From Octopus sinensis (taxonomy: Eukaryota): 64,000 nucleotides of DNA. Where the stretch lies: the NCBI RefSeq assembly GCF_006345805.1, contig NC_042997.1, positions 65,038,001 to 65,102,000 on the forward strand, read 5' to 3'. The position numbers and the translations under genes were made by a program. Shown piece after piece: positions 38,909-51,504 of this stretch. The notes under the pieces are model-generated. The model saw only the letters and a program-made list of their open reading frames with translations, was not told the origin of the DNA and ran no database searches. Each line of letters begins with the position of its first letter. Positions within the stretch are counted from its first letter, which is position 1.

Positions 38909-39963
38909 TTATGTACATATTCACTTTTAAATATTTTTTCAGGTACGGGTATTGTTTCACGAAGTTTGCGTTGCATATACGTAATTTGTAGTTCGGTGGG
39001 TTCTGCTGAAGCTTAGAGGTGAATAATGTGTTGTAAGTGAATTTGGCAGACAAAAACTGTGCGGTAGCCTATTAAATATATATTTATATATATATATATA
39101 TATATATTAGCGTACATATGTGTGTGAGAGTGTGTTGGATTGTGTGTGTATATGTATACGTAGAGCTACCTTTTTCTATTTGTCCTCTTTCATTTGACGC
39201 TGGAGTTGGCTTCTTTACTTCCCCGTAACTTGGCAGCTCAGCTTGGACATAATGATTAACTGACAAAATATAACTGGGTTAGATTTCTTCAACTAAACTC
39301 TTAGGACTGCTACCACAGTATGACTTTAGTTCCATAAGATATTTGTTCAGATTATTATCATTATTTTCATTAATGTCTTCGTAGGTTCCATTCTCAGCTT
39401 CTTAGTATTAGTTGACTTCTATTCATTTTTCATATTGTAGGCAGTACAGACTCACGAGAGTCCTTCAACAAATGTGTTATCATCCTTTCCCTAACTTTCT
39501 CTCTGGCTTTTCCGTTATTCTTTTTCCTTTCATATTTACTCCGGTTCTTCTAGCTTTAATTGCTTTATCGAATATATTTTCATATCTTCTTGATTTTTAT
39601 TTCTATACCCAGCTGTGTACATTTCCTTTTTTTTTCCCACGGAATCACCTCATATTTCCTGCCAAGATTTCTAAATAGCATTTAATTCTTGATTTATTTT
39701 TTCTATATTTTATATCAGTCTATTATAGACTTTCATATCCTCTAACGCACTCTTTGCTCTGGCAATTTCCTGTCCTCAGAAGATCCAAAACACTAATTTG
39801 TAAGGAACATTTTAATGCATATATACCTGGTCACTTTCCTGACTGTGGATTCTCTGTTTATTTGAAATACGTATTGATTATATGTGTGTATATTAGCAAT
39901 CCACACGCAAACATTTTTGTGTGTTTGTATATTTATATGTGTGAGTGTGTGTGTAATTATGCG

Positions 39964-40034
<71 letters not shown>

Positions 40035-40854
40035 GCATACATACACTTATGAACACACACACATATATATATGTACATGCTCATACACGCGTATGTGTGT
40101 GCGCATGCGCACCATCTTCCATTTACATACGCATACGAAGGGCATAGAAATTATGTTTCTGAATTATTTATTACATACATCAATATGTGTAGACGCAAAA
40201 TTTTGTAAGACTATGGTGGTTGTTCATTCTGAATATATGTAGTCATAGGTATTTGCATACGCACTCTGTTGTTATAAATCTTCAAGATATGTACACGTGT
40301 GTCCTTTATTATATTCAAGAACATATCTATAATTGACATTTTTCTCTCTTCAGACGACATTTTAAAATGCCTTAGTGCATTTATTTTCTTATGTGCATCC
40401 CTCTCTATTTCTTCCTTCCACTCTTTCTTCATTTCTTTGTTTCCTTATTTCTTTCTTTCTTTCTTTCTCTCCCTCTTTCTCTCTCAATTTATTTCTATTT
40501 TCACTCTTTCTTTTCTGACCTTATGCAGGCTGTTTTTGTCTGTGCATCTAGTTCGAGTTTTAGATTTCTATCTGTCTACATTTATATTTTTACTTGTCTC
40601 TGATCTTCTCATTCTGTCTACCTCTCCTAAAAAGTATCGAAAGAACGAGAAAAATGTAACACCAGAAAGAGATAGAGAGAAGTGGGTTAGACAAGAATAC
40701 GTAAGTTTTTTCCTTAAACATATAGAAATATTGCCTGTCGATATCGTTAACCCCTTAACGTTATGAAATGCAGCGAGATTATGCTGGAAAGTGTAACTGA
40801 GAATAATGAGCATAAGGTTTTGTGCGAGTTTACAATCTATGTTACACAGTCACT

Positions 40855-41245
40855 GATATTTGGAGGCTAGACATTATGGTAGCTGATAAAAAGATGAAGG
40901 AAAGCGAGAGATAACCGTTGTCATACCTGAGGTTGCAGGAATGAATGACAAAGAACTGGAAAGGTCTGAAATCACTAAGAGACGAGATTGCAAGACTGTG
41001 GGCAATGAAGAAAAGAACTGTCATCCGAGTAATTGTAGAGACATTGGGAGTGTTAACAATCGGGCTTAAAAAATTGTTGGAGAAATTGGGATTGACACTT
41101 GGGTAGATTATGTTCAGAAAACTGTCTTATGGAGTACAGCAAGATTTTGAAACTGCAACTTTGATGTTAAGTATCGCAGAAGTAGACCCTGTGCGACCCC
41201 TGAAAACAGATGGTCGTCCGCTCTTACAGAACTGGACAGAGCATG
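40855..41245 (+). pseudogene. Decayed REL-endonuclease LINE 3' end
   Basis: ..LDIMVADKK..LRDEIARLWAMKKRTVIRVIVETLG..VQKTVLWSTAR is homologous to the REL C-termini elsewhere in the window. Confidence 0.7.
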
Positions 41246-41255
41246 TCTAATCATT

Positions 41256-41402
41256 AAGGCGGTGAGTTGGAAGAAATCTTAGCAAGCCAGGTGAAATGCT
41301 TAGCGTTATCTCATCTGTCTCCACGTTCTGATTTCAAATTCCACCGAGGTCGACTTTGCTTTTCATCCTTTCGGGGTCGATAAATTAAGTACTGGGGTCG
41401 GC
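41256..41402 (+). mobile_element. SINE family B monomer
   Basis: AAGGCGGTGAGTTGG..TTCAAATTCCACCGAGGTCGACTTTGCTTTTCATCCTTTCGGGGTCGATAAATTAAGTAC. Confidence 0.85.
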
Positions 41403-42169
41403 CTAATTGGTGGTGGTATTGGTGGTGGATGATGATGCTGATGTTTATGATGATGATGATTTCCTTATTAGCCACATGGGTTGCAAACAGTACGAGAAGA
41501 AATGTGGCTATTAAGAAATACATACATTAAGAAATAGACAGTGTTTTGAGGTATCGAATGTATTTGTTATCAGGTGGTAGGCTTTAATAATCGCTCTCTT
41601 GAGGTAGTTACTCGAATTTCTGTCTACATAAAAACTTTGCTTTGCCGAAACATTTTTGCAGCTACACTTCCTATATGCACAAATATTGGGCAAGTGAGTT
41701 GTCCACTTGATTCAGCGCGAGAATAAGAAACTACTTTTAGTAGGTATCGACTGTTGTTTACATATCCTTCACGTCTGTGTGGGAAGGAATATATTTCATA
41801 TCTACTTTATATATTTCTGTCCAAAGTGTTTTCGAAGTTTATTCTAAACGTCAGTGCTTGTTTTCACACTTTTATGTTGTGAGTAATATAAATAATTATT
41901 TTCATACATCCAAAATAACTCTGGTGGTTGGAAAAATAGGAATTTGCATCATATTTGATGAACGAATGCCAGGGAAATATATCTTGCATATCACACACAT
42001 CGTGTAATACACATGACAGGCAAAAGGTAAGAAATGAGAAATATGATTTCTAAAGATAAGTAAACCGAGCTTGTCTCTGTTATTGGGTTGACCAAATGGT
42101 CCGTTCAGTGAATATATATACAACTTTTAAATGCAAAGCGATCTATTCAATCAATTATATAATCAGTTT

Positions 42170-42665
42170 CGTTCCAGTATCATCTACCAACTTCAGGTAT
42201 AGATCAATTCTTGCCTGCTCACACTGAATTTTTATAGCCTCTTGAAGCTCAGCCCATTAAAATTTTTGAAAGGACCGAAACTGGTGGAAAACTGAAGGCG
42301 CAAATTCGGGTGAATGCTGAGGGTGAGGCAAAGCTTTTTAATCAATCGCCATCAAATTCTGTCACGTGTTAAAAAAATTGTCCGGTCTGGCATTATTGTG
42401 AAAAAGGAGAATGTTCTTAGGATTAGCAAGTGTTGGGCGCTTCTGGTGGATTGCTGTACTTAAATTATACAGCTGGTTACATAACGCATCCGAATTTACG
42501 GTCCTGACCGTAAGAAAAAGGTCGTTAACGATAACACCCTTTCAATCCCACTAAAAGATTGAAGGGTTAACTATCCTCGTGTCAAGATCTACGCTTTACT
42601 CATGATTACTTGCGTTTCATACTGTTATCGAGGATCCATATTTTGTATCCTGTCAACGTTGCATA
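42170..42665 (-). pseudogene. Mariner-type transposase remnant
   Basis: Minus strand reads WILDN.., WD*KGVI..TVNSD..CNQL..KRP..ILLFHNNARP, LPHPQHSPEFAPSVFHQFRSFQ, matching mariner HDNARPH and HPPYSPDLAPSDFHLFRSL. Confidence 0.8.
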
Positions 42666-42855
42666 GTATTATATATCACTTTGAATGCACACAAACACTC
42701 GGGTTTATGTGTGTGCGTGCGAAATCATATACATAATATTACATACAAATAGACAAACAAAAAAACACACGCATATTTGTAAATACCTATATGTTCATGT
42801 ATACGTGAATGTATATATGCATATATTCAAATATATATATATTTATATACTTTTA

Positions 42856-43075
42856 TTCTTTTACTTGTTTCAGTCATTTCGCTGCGACCATGCTGGAGCA
42901 CCGCCTTTAGTAGGGAAAATCGACCTCAAGACTTATTCTTTCTTACCCTAGTACTTATTCTATCGCTCTCTTTTGCCGAACCGCTAAGTTATGGGGAAGT
43001 AAACACAGCAGCATCGGTTGTCAAGCGATGTTGGTGGGGGATAAAGACAGATACACAAATACATACACACACATA
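42856..43075 (-). mobile_element. SINE family A 3' half
   Basis: TACTTGTTTCAGTCATTT..CCATGCTGGAGCACCGCCTTTAG..GCCGAACCGCTAAGTTA..GTAAACACAGCAGCATCGGTTGTCAAGCG. Confidence 0.85.
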
Positions 43076-43135
43076 CATATATATATATACATTTATATAT
43101 GTACATATATATATTGATATATATACGCATACATG

Positions 43136-43197
<62 letters not shown>

Positions 43198-43227
43198 CAT
43201 ACATATACTAATATATATGCATATGTA

Positions 43228-44216
43228 TAGGGGTTGGACAAAATAATAGAAACAACTTGCATCATAGCATCATAATTTTGAAATATTTATAAAACCCCAA
43301 AAGCTTCTTCATTTTTATGTATTTGATTGATTTTTAGTATTGCATAATGTTTTGCTAAAATTGCTGTTTCTTTTCAGATATAATCAGAAAAATGTAATTG
43401 AAATTCATTAGAATGGCAGATCTATCTGACTTTCAAAGAAGTCAAATTGTTGGTGCTCGTATGGTAGGCGCTAGCGTAACGAAAACAGCCGAACTAGTTT
43501 GTGTATTAAGAAGTACTATCTTGAAAGTAATAACAGCCTTTGAGAAGGAGAGAAAATATTCGTCGTCGAAACAAAACTCTGGAAGAAAACCAAAATTTTC
43601 AGGTAGGACTCTTACGCGAATTGTTAGAAAGGATCACAAAAGTACAGCTCCCAAAATTTCCTCGAGTATCCAGTTCCCAAAAAAACTGTTCGACGGGAGC
43701 TGCACAAAGCCGGATTTGCAAAGCAAATGGAGTAAAAACCTACGGAATTGGTTCCTAGAGTAGTGGAAGAATGTTATTTTCTCAGACGACACTTCCTTTA
43801 CCTTATTTCCGTCCAGCGGCCGAGTATACGTGTGGAAACAGCAAAAATAAGTTTCTGACTCGCACTAGCTTCTTCCAACTGTAAAAACATGGAGGAGAAC
43901 AGCTAACATTGATACTGAATGGCACGAGGGACATTCTAGTGAAGTTGAACATCTGTCCACCACAGTCCCCATATCTCAATATTATTGAACAATTATGGTT
44001 CATTTTAGAAAAGCAAGTAAGGAGTCTATATCCACCACTAAAAATCTGGAGACTATTTTAGCTGAAGAATGGACAAAAATGCCTTTGGAAACAATTCAAA
44101 TTTTGTACGAGTCCACACCTCATAGAATTCAAACTGTACTGCCAAAGGCGGTCCTACTCGCTATTAAAATAAATTTGTTTGACATTTTAAGTTGTTTCCA
44201 TTATTTTGTCCAAACC

Positions 44217-44219
<3 letters not shown>
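43228..44219 (+). mobile_element. Internally deleted Tc1-family transposon in a (TA)n tract
   Basis: TIRs (T/C)AGGG(G/T)TTGGACAAAATAAT(A/G)GAAACAAC at both ends with TA flanks. Pieces: MADLSDFQRSQIVGA..SGRKPK, WKNVIFSD, EEWTKMPLETIQILYES. Confidence 0.9.
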
Positions 44220-44309
<90 letters not shown>

Positions 44310-44316
44310 GTGTGTG

Positions 44317-44348
<32 letters not shown>

Positions 44349-45111
44349 TGTATGTATGTATGTATGTATGTATAAATACTTATATAAGCATATATATATA
44401 TATATACATACACACATACGCACACACACATACATACACACACACACATATGAACGAGAAAGTAAACTGTAGCAATGTATATTTGTTTCAAAGTAGCAAC
44501 ATTTTATTTTTACCCACGTACATTTTTAATATATTACTTCACTTTCTTTACATTCGTCATACAGTTTTCAATGACAGGCTTACGCGCCCGCGTACACTAA
44601 CACACAGACACAACCACGCGCGAACGTACATAAGCAGAAACATACAGGCACATGTAAACGTCTGCATACACAGAGCTTTTCATTAAACTTCATGTGTAAC
44701 TATGCGTCTGCTTATGAGTGTATATTATGTTGTTTGAAGTGATGTGTGTGAGCGTATTTAGATACATATCGGGGCTGAAGTAAACGTTGCTTGTAATTTA
44801 TTTGTTTTCGCGTATTCATATAAGAACTAAAAATAAGAAGTTCTGCACTTTAGCTGTACTTGTATGGATTTGTAAGTCTACATCTTTATCGATATTTGTA
44901 GCCATGGATATCAGCATTTACAGTCATGTTGACGTACACTACAAAGAACATTTCATGTATCCGTAATATATATGTGCGTGTGTGTGTGTTTGTGTGTGTT
45001 ACATATATATATATATATATATGGTGTGTGTGTGTGTGTGTGCGTCATATATGTTATATATATACATATACATATATATATATATATATTATATATATAT
45101 ATATATAATAT

Positions 45112-45173
<62 letters not shown>

Positions 45174-45202
45174 GTGTGTGTGTGTGTGTATATATATAAA
45201 TA

Positions 45203-45399
45203 CAAATAAGAAAATGGAGAAACAATTTAGTTGGTTCACCAGGTTTCGGATATTAAAATGTTGACTTATTTATGCATTTAACAATAATGTATATATGTAT
45301 GCTATTAAGGTTCTTGTTTTTGTTAAATATATAAATGTCAACGTTCTAATATCCAAAAGCTGATGAACCAACTAAATTGTTTCTCCATTTTCTTATTTG
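45203..45399. mobile_element. MITE-like inverted repeat (~65-bp TIRs), probable TA target
   Basis: CAAATAAGAAAATGGAGAAACAATTTAGTTGGTTCA.. / ..TGAACCAACTAAATTGTTTCTCCATTTTCTTATTTG. Confidence 0.8.
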
Positions 45400-45577
45400 C
45401 ATTATAAATTACTGGTAAATTATTTCTTTACCTTCACCCATTTAATACAATAAATAAGTTAATTGCATTTCAATTAAAAACACTTGGGTATTAATAATTT
45501 GGGTATTATACCAACAGTATGTTGGATAAATATTATTCCTTAGTGGGTTTGATCCACAATCCCTAACTTACTTGGTG

Positions 45578-45998
45578 TGGAGGAGGTGTCCTACTGGGGC
45601 TACAAACTACAGTAACATCCACCCTTAGGGGTTAGCCATATTTGAATGGCAAATATACGTTCCGATGTGTTGCAGCTACTGTTTATAACTCGCTCTAAGA
45701 TTTACACTTTTTTGATATCAGTGTCATTACGATACTGGAAAAAGTATATGTATATGTGAAGGGAACCTACTTTTCATCGACAACTGTGATTGTCACACGC
45801 CGATGACGGGTCAATACTCAGAAACTCGAGTCCATGTGTATCATAAGTTGGAGACGGGAAGGATGGCTTCCCTTTGCAAATACTGATAGGGCACAGAAAG
45901 TGTGTCTATAGCCAGCTGGAGGAGGTGTCCTCCTGGGGCTACAAACTACAGTAGCATCCACGCTTAGGGGTTAGCCATATTTAAATGGCAAATATACG

Positions 45999-45999
<1 letters not shown>
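45578..45999 (+). mobile_element. Element with 83-bp direct repeats (339-bp period) enclosing a hammerhead-like motif
   Basis: 45578-45660 and 45917-45999 (TGGAGGAGGTGTCCT..GGCAAATATACGT) differ at about 4 positions. Followed by (TA)n. Confidence 0.75.
45794..45839 (+). ncRNA. Degenerate minimal hammerhead motif (family H3, GUC site)
   Basis: CACACG-CCGATGA-C-GGGT-CAAT-ACTC-A-GAAA-CTCGA-GTC-CATGTG. Palindromic stem III ACUCGAGU. The core has U4>C and imperfect stem I/II junctions. Confidence 0.5.
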
Positions 46000-46064
<65 letters not shown>

Positions 46065-46267
46065 GGGTATGAGAGGTATTGGTGTTACGAAAACAGGTAA
46101 TGCTAAGTAAGTGCTATGGATAGACCGTGGTTAAGCTCCAGGTTCGATAATGATACGAATGAGGAATCCAACGTGGGTCATGTATTAACATGTATATATA
46201 TAAATTGACATAATGTGATAAAAAATCCAAGGCTGTAAATAGTTTTCGGAACATTTATAGAGAAAAG

Positions 46268-46316
46268 GTCTTACAGAGGTTTCCGGGATATTTTATATAT
46301 CCCTTCATCGGAGATG
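46268..46316 (-). ncRNA. Degenerate minimal hammerhead motif (family H4, GUA site)
   Basis: Reverse reads ATCT-CCGATGA-A-GGGATAT-ATAAA-ATATCCC-G-GAAA-C-CTCT-GTA-AGAC. 7-bp perfect stem II, U4>C. The opposite arm keeps GTCT, which would pair fully with AGAC. Confidence 0.55.
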
Positions 46317-46605
46317 GTGCGAGAAAATGTTAGAGTGTTTATTATTGTAGAGAAGATATGAAATACTGAGGGAAGTAAGAGGATGAGAATAAAAGATACA
46401 TAAGGATATTATATTTGCAGTTCCATTATTCAAGTAGAATGGTGTATACACTTATACGACTTATATACACCGTTCTACTTGAATAATTGAACTACAAATA
46501 CAATATCCTTATGTATCTCACTTCTATTTTCACTCTCTTACCTCCCTTTCTAATTCATATCTTCTTTACAATAATTAACACTCAAACATATTCTCGCACC
46601 GTCTC
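46311..46605. repeat. Imperfect fold-back (~140-bp arms) adjoining the H4 hammerhead
   Basis: GAGATGGTGCGAGAA..TTCAAGTAGAATGGTGTATA / TATACACCGTTCTACTTGAA..TTCTCGCACCGTCTC. Confidence 0.85.
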
Positions 46606-46807
<202 letters not shown>

Positions 46808-46827
46808 GTAATAATAATAATAATAAT

Positions 46828-47735
46828 GGCTAATGGCCTCTGGCTTAAAATCTGAAACAGAGGGGTTTATCATAGCAGCTCAAGATCAATGTCTACCAAC
46901 AAGAAACTACCAGGCCAACATATTAAAGATCAGAAGCAGTCCAACGTGTCGTGTATGCAAGCAACGAAATGAAACCATTGACCATGTGGTCTCCAAGTGC
47001 AGTCTTCTAGCGCCTACAGAGTATCTCAACAGACACGATAGAGCTGCACAATATATTCACTGGGTAATCTGTAAAAACATGGATTTGCCCCATGAAAAAA
47101 ACTGGTGGGAACACAAACCACCCCCAGTGCTTGAAAATGACCACATCTCACTCCTCTGGAACTTCACCATTCAAACTGACAGGAAGATAGATGCAAATAG
47201 GCCAGACATCATATTGAAAGACTTCAAACAAAGAACATGCCTCCTCATTGATATGACTGTCCCAATCGATATAAACGTATCTGTCAAGACCTACCAAAAA
47301 CTGAGCAAATATAAAGATCTTGAAATAGAAATCAGCAAATTGTGGAAGCTGAAGACTAAAACAATACCTGTTGTCATAGGTGCCCTGGGAATGATAGCAA
47401 AAGGGGCTGATAGCTACCTAACTCAGATACCAGGAAACCCAAAAATGGTAGAAGTTCAAAAGATAGTGCTCATGGGAACTGCTCATATCCTACGCAAAAT
47501 ACTCTCTATGTAATCTCAAGGTTTAAAACAAACATAATTTTCGGTTTAAAAAGAAAAAAAAAAAACAAAAAAACAACCTTTTTTTTAGACATTCATTAGT
47601 ACAACATCCCCACCCCCCAAATATATGGCACACTAGGCATAACAACAACATGAACTTCCAACCCTGTTGTCTCTTGAGGTCTCTGGGTGAGACTTGGAGC
47701 CAACTTGTACAAATATAAAGCAAAAGTCAAACATA

Positions 47736-47736
<1 letters not shown>
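46828..47736 (+). mobile_element. R4/Dong-type LINE 3' fragment with uninterrupted ZF+REL frame (46833-47513)
   Basis: GLKSETEGFIIAAQDQ, CRVC..ETIDHVVSKC, RHD, NRPDII, IDMTVP, KLSKYKDL, VIGALG, LMGTAHILRKILSM*. (TAA)n at 46704-46827 and 47737-47878. Confidence 0.92.
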
Positions 47737-47820
<84 letters not shown>

Positions 47821-47847
47821 GGTAATAATAATAATAATAATAATAAC

Positions 47848-47878
<31 letters not shown>

Positions 47879-47880
47879 TC

Positions 47881-48021
47881 GAATGAGAACCCAGGTTCGA
47901 AATTTCCCCAAGACACCTGATGAAGGCTGGAGAGTATATCAGCCGAAATTTTGTGTTAACAACAAACAAGAAGAGGACAAATATCAGTCAGCTATAAATA
48001 ATGTAAATAATATGCATAATT
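47881..48021 (+). mobile_element. Solo pLTR-like unit, hammerhead family H1 (stem III mutated)
   Basis: GAATGAGAACCCAGGTTCGAAATTTCCCCAAGACAC-CTGATGA-AGGCTG..CAGCC-GAAA-TTTT-GTGTT, directly after (TAA)n. Confidence 0.8.
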
Positions 48022-48479
48022 ATCATTTCAAACTTTTGGAGACATTTCGAAAAGACTTTCTCATTACATTTATTTTCTTACTTGTAACTCTATATCTAGC
48101 AATTATCTAACTATCGATCTAGCGAGATATGTGCCTGTCCGTCTGTTCTACGTGTGTATGTGTAGTCAATTTTCCGATGTTTTTCTCTTTTTAACCTGGA
48201 CAGATGTTCGGGATGAGAGATGGAAAAGACAGAATTTAAGATGCAGAGTGAGAAAAAGAGATACTGAGACAGACTGTCATATACGCATACGCATATACGT
48301 GCGCGCATGCACACCCGGCATAATGAAATATATTTTGTTAGACTAACGATTATGAACTAAATATCATATATGTGTGCGCATTAGACATTATTCAGGATAT
48401 GGAAATACATATTGATATTTATGTTTATACACAATGTATCTAATATCTATGATGACAGGTGTAGACATTGGAATGTGAA

Positions 48480-48698
48480 GAGTGATTTCAAATTTTTGTA
48501 CAGGACCAGCAATTTCCGTGGAGGGTATAAATCGATTTCATCAGCCAGAATGCTCAGCTGATGTTTAATTAATAGACTCCGGGAAGATGAAAAGCAATGT
48601 CGATCTCCGGTGGAAATTGAACTCAAAACATAGACACGGACGTACTGCAGCTAAGCATTTTTGCCCGGCGTGTTAATGATACTACCAGCTCGCCGCAT
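48480..48698 (-). mobile_element. SINE family B (diverged)
   Basis: GATGAAAAGCAATGTCGATCTCCGGTGGAAATTGAACTCA...TAAGCATTTTTGCCCGGCGTG..CCAGCTCGCC. Confidence 0.75.
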
Positions 48699-51504
48699 TA
48701 ATGTAAGCAACTATGGTGAACCATATCGGTACTCAAGCTTTCAAGAAAATTATCTACGTTAAGGTGCCATCTTGTTAGAGGCGAGTGTAATGAAAATACG
48801 AATTAAATCTCAACAACAATGAAAATAGCAAAAGAAATATTGAAATATACTAAAAATAGCAGTTAATACATCAGCCCTAGCACCATCGCCAACAACAAGG
48901 AGCATGTAGATACTGAAAATACAAAGGAACGTTAAACGCAGGGCTTCCTACAGCGTTAGAGGTGACACGGATAAGTATATAAATATTGTAATGGCATAAT
49001 GGTTGCTGTACACTATCGACTCCGATAGTGTATTTAAAGAACACACGAAAATTAAAATTAAGCTACTGTTTCCATTTATCAGATTTCCATCATTCTTGCT
49101 TATAATTCCAGTTAATTTCATTTGTGCATTATGGAGATTTGAAAATCTTCCGTTTTAGTAGGCACTGAAAGATAACACTTCTCAGATTCTATCCAAAATT
49201 AATGTATGTGTATGTATGACCAGAAATAGGGGAAAGGAGCGTAGTTAATTATACCAATGATACTTACGTGTATTTTATTTTATCGAGCATGAAATGATCA
49301 AAGGCTTATAAATCTTTGTGAGATTCAAAATAAATTGTAACTTATTGTTCTATTATTTCTATTTAAAGTATTCGCTAAGGACAGTGGTACATCATTACCT
49401 AGAGAAGGAGCTAGGGTAGTGCTATAGGTAATCATCAATGCGCTTTACAACAGGCAAGCACCGGGTTCTTGATAGTAAAAAACTCATTTACAGAAGAAAA
49501 ACACTTTCACTAAAACTTGTAGAACCTAAAGCAGGTATACCTGAAAAATGTCTTTCTAATAGTGAAATCTTAATATAATTACTGATATCAAAGCTGATTT
49601 GCTTGCATCTCTATGTGGTTGAGATGTTTATACCATAGCCACACGGTTCTATATTTGATTGTACTGAATAACCCTTTAGGTGTGCGTTTTCTGCAAAAGT
49701 TTCAAGTTTATTAATGGTGGAAAAGAGGAGCCAAAATCTCTGTAGAGACATATCTTGTGAGTGTGAATGGGTGTTTCTGTATTTTTGTGTTTGTGTGAGA
49801 GGGAGAGGAGGAGAGTATGCGTGTGTGTATATGTAAGTTTATTTACGTATGTCTATGTTTATGTTTATCTCTTTATCAAAACTGTTGCTTATGTTAAGCC
49901 CCACCAGATTCTGTAACTTCGACAAATAGTAATAGTAAATGGCTACAGAGCAATGACAGAACCCTGTAAATGTACAAACATAATTTTAGGTGAAATGTAA
50001 ATTATGATTATAAATATGTTATTCTTACTGCTAGAGAAATGAATATATTGTTATACACTATCATTTCCTAGCTAAGGAAGGGTATTAAAAACTACTAATG
50101 AATGGAATGAGGTCAATAAATAGTTATTCCTTAATAGAAGTCTTAGTTTCTCAAGAAAGAAATCTAGAATAATAATTAACTATTGTAATTTATATTATTA
50201 ATGGAATTTGCTTTAAAATGTCATGCAAGCAGAATTCTCTAAACTGACTAATGTATTATAATGTATTATCTAAAATGTAAATTGAGTATTTTACTAAAAT
50301 AAATTACATGTGTTTCAGAAGCCTTTTCTCGAGAATGTATAATAGTTATTTTGAAGCAATTAACGCAAAGCACAGAATTCCTCCGTTTATCATTACCGTC
50401 ACTGCTAACTGAAATTCATTTACAAATTCATGATAATATTTCAGATAAATCAAATATTTTAAATTGACTGTAGGTTTAAAATTATGTCAGCTATAATTCA
50501 ACATAATTTATATCTATGAAAGATAATTTAATGTCTCCAAAACATTTATATGATATTATTCGGTAATTAAGCTCAGAAACTGACCACATTCATGACTGAA
50601 GTTTATGGTTCCTACAGGGAAATTATATGGTATGCAGAAATATTTATCAAGTATGAACAGGGTAACTAGTGTTAATCTAATTTTTTACTTCTTTTTAATT
50701 ATGCCTCAGAGGTACTCCTAGCGTAATGAAAGAAACAGAATTAAGTATTAATTTCAATATTATAGAAAATTTTTTGTAAATTTTAAGAATATGTGAAAGG
50801 GGTAAAATTTATTTTTTAGAAAAGCATGCAGTATGGAAAATATTCAAATGAGGTTAAATGCAACAGTTGGTATATGACGGTTGAGAGTCAAGAAGCAGAA
50901 AAGTATATGGTTCAAGACAGGTTCACAGATGAACTATTTTGAAAAGGAATTCGCTTTAACATATGCATATATAGCTTACTGTTTAATTAGAAATTAATCA
51001 GAGTTGATCTATGAAATGAAACATCAATTTAGCAAATATTCACGTGAAAGAGGTTGTTGAAGTCAAAAGTAAACAAAAGTTGACCCTACCTACACCATAG
51101 CAGTTTTTCTATACATTGTAGTTATGAAATGTGCCATATAATTGCAATATTGATAAAAAGAAGTTTTAAAAATATCCATTTCAAGTTTTGCGACTGTTAC
51201 CTTTCTTCCTAGTAGGTATATACACGGAATTAAAGCAATGGATGCACGAGTTTGCTTCATAGTTGAGTTAGAAATCTCAGCTGAGTATCCTTCGGAACAT
51301 TAAAATTAGAATTAACACATTTCCTGTAAGCAATCATCCTACTTTTAACCTGGTTGCATCTTATTTTCACGACAGTTAAATCTGTTCTTAGTTTCAATAA
51401 CTTTGTAATACATTGGACTTCGTCGCATCCACCTAAGCCACATATTTGTCAAAGATGAAAACATTATTTGTGAACTATCTACTAAATTCACGAGTCATTT
51501 CAAG

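Noticed and set aside
45350-45399. CTGATGA in the MITE right arm
   Set aside because: No downstream stem II/GAAA, and the left arm has a different base there, so it is treated as TIR sequence.
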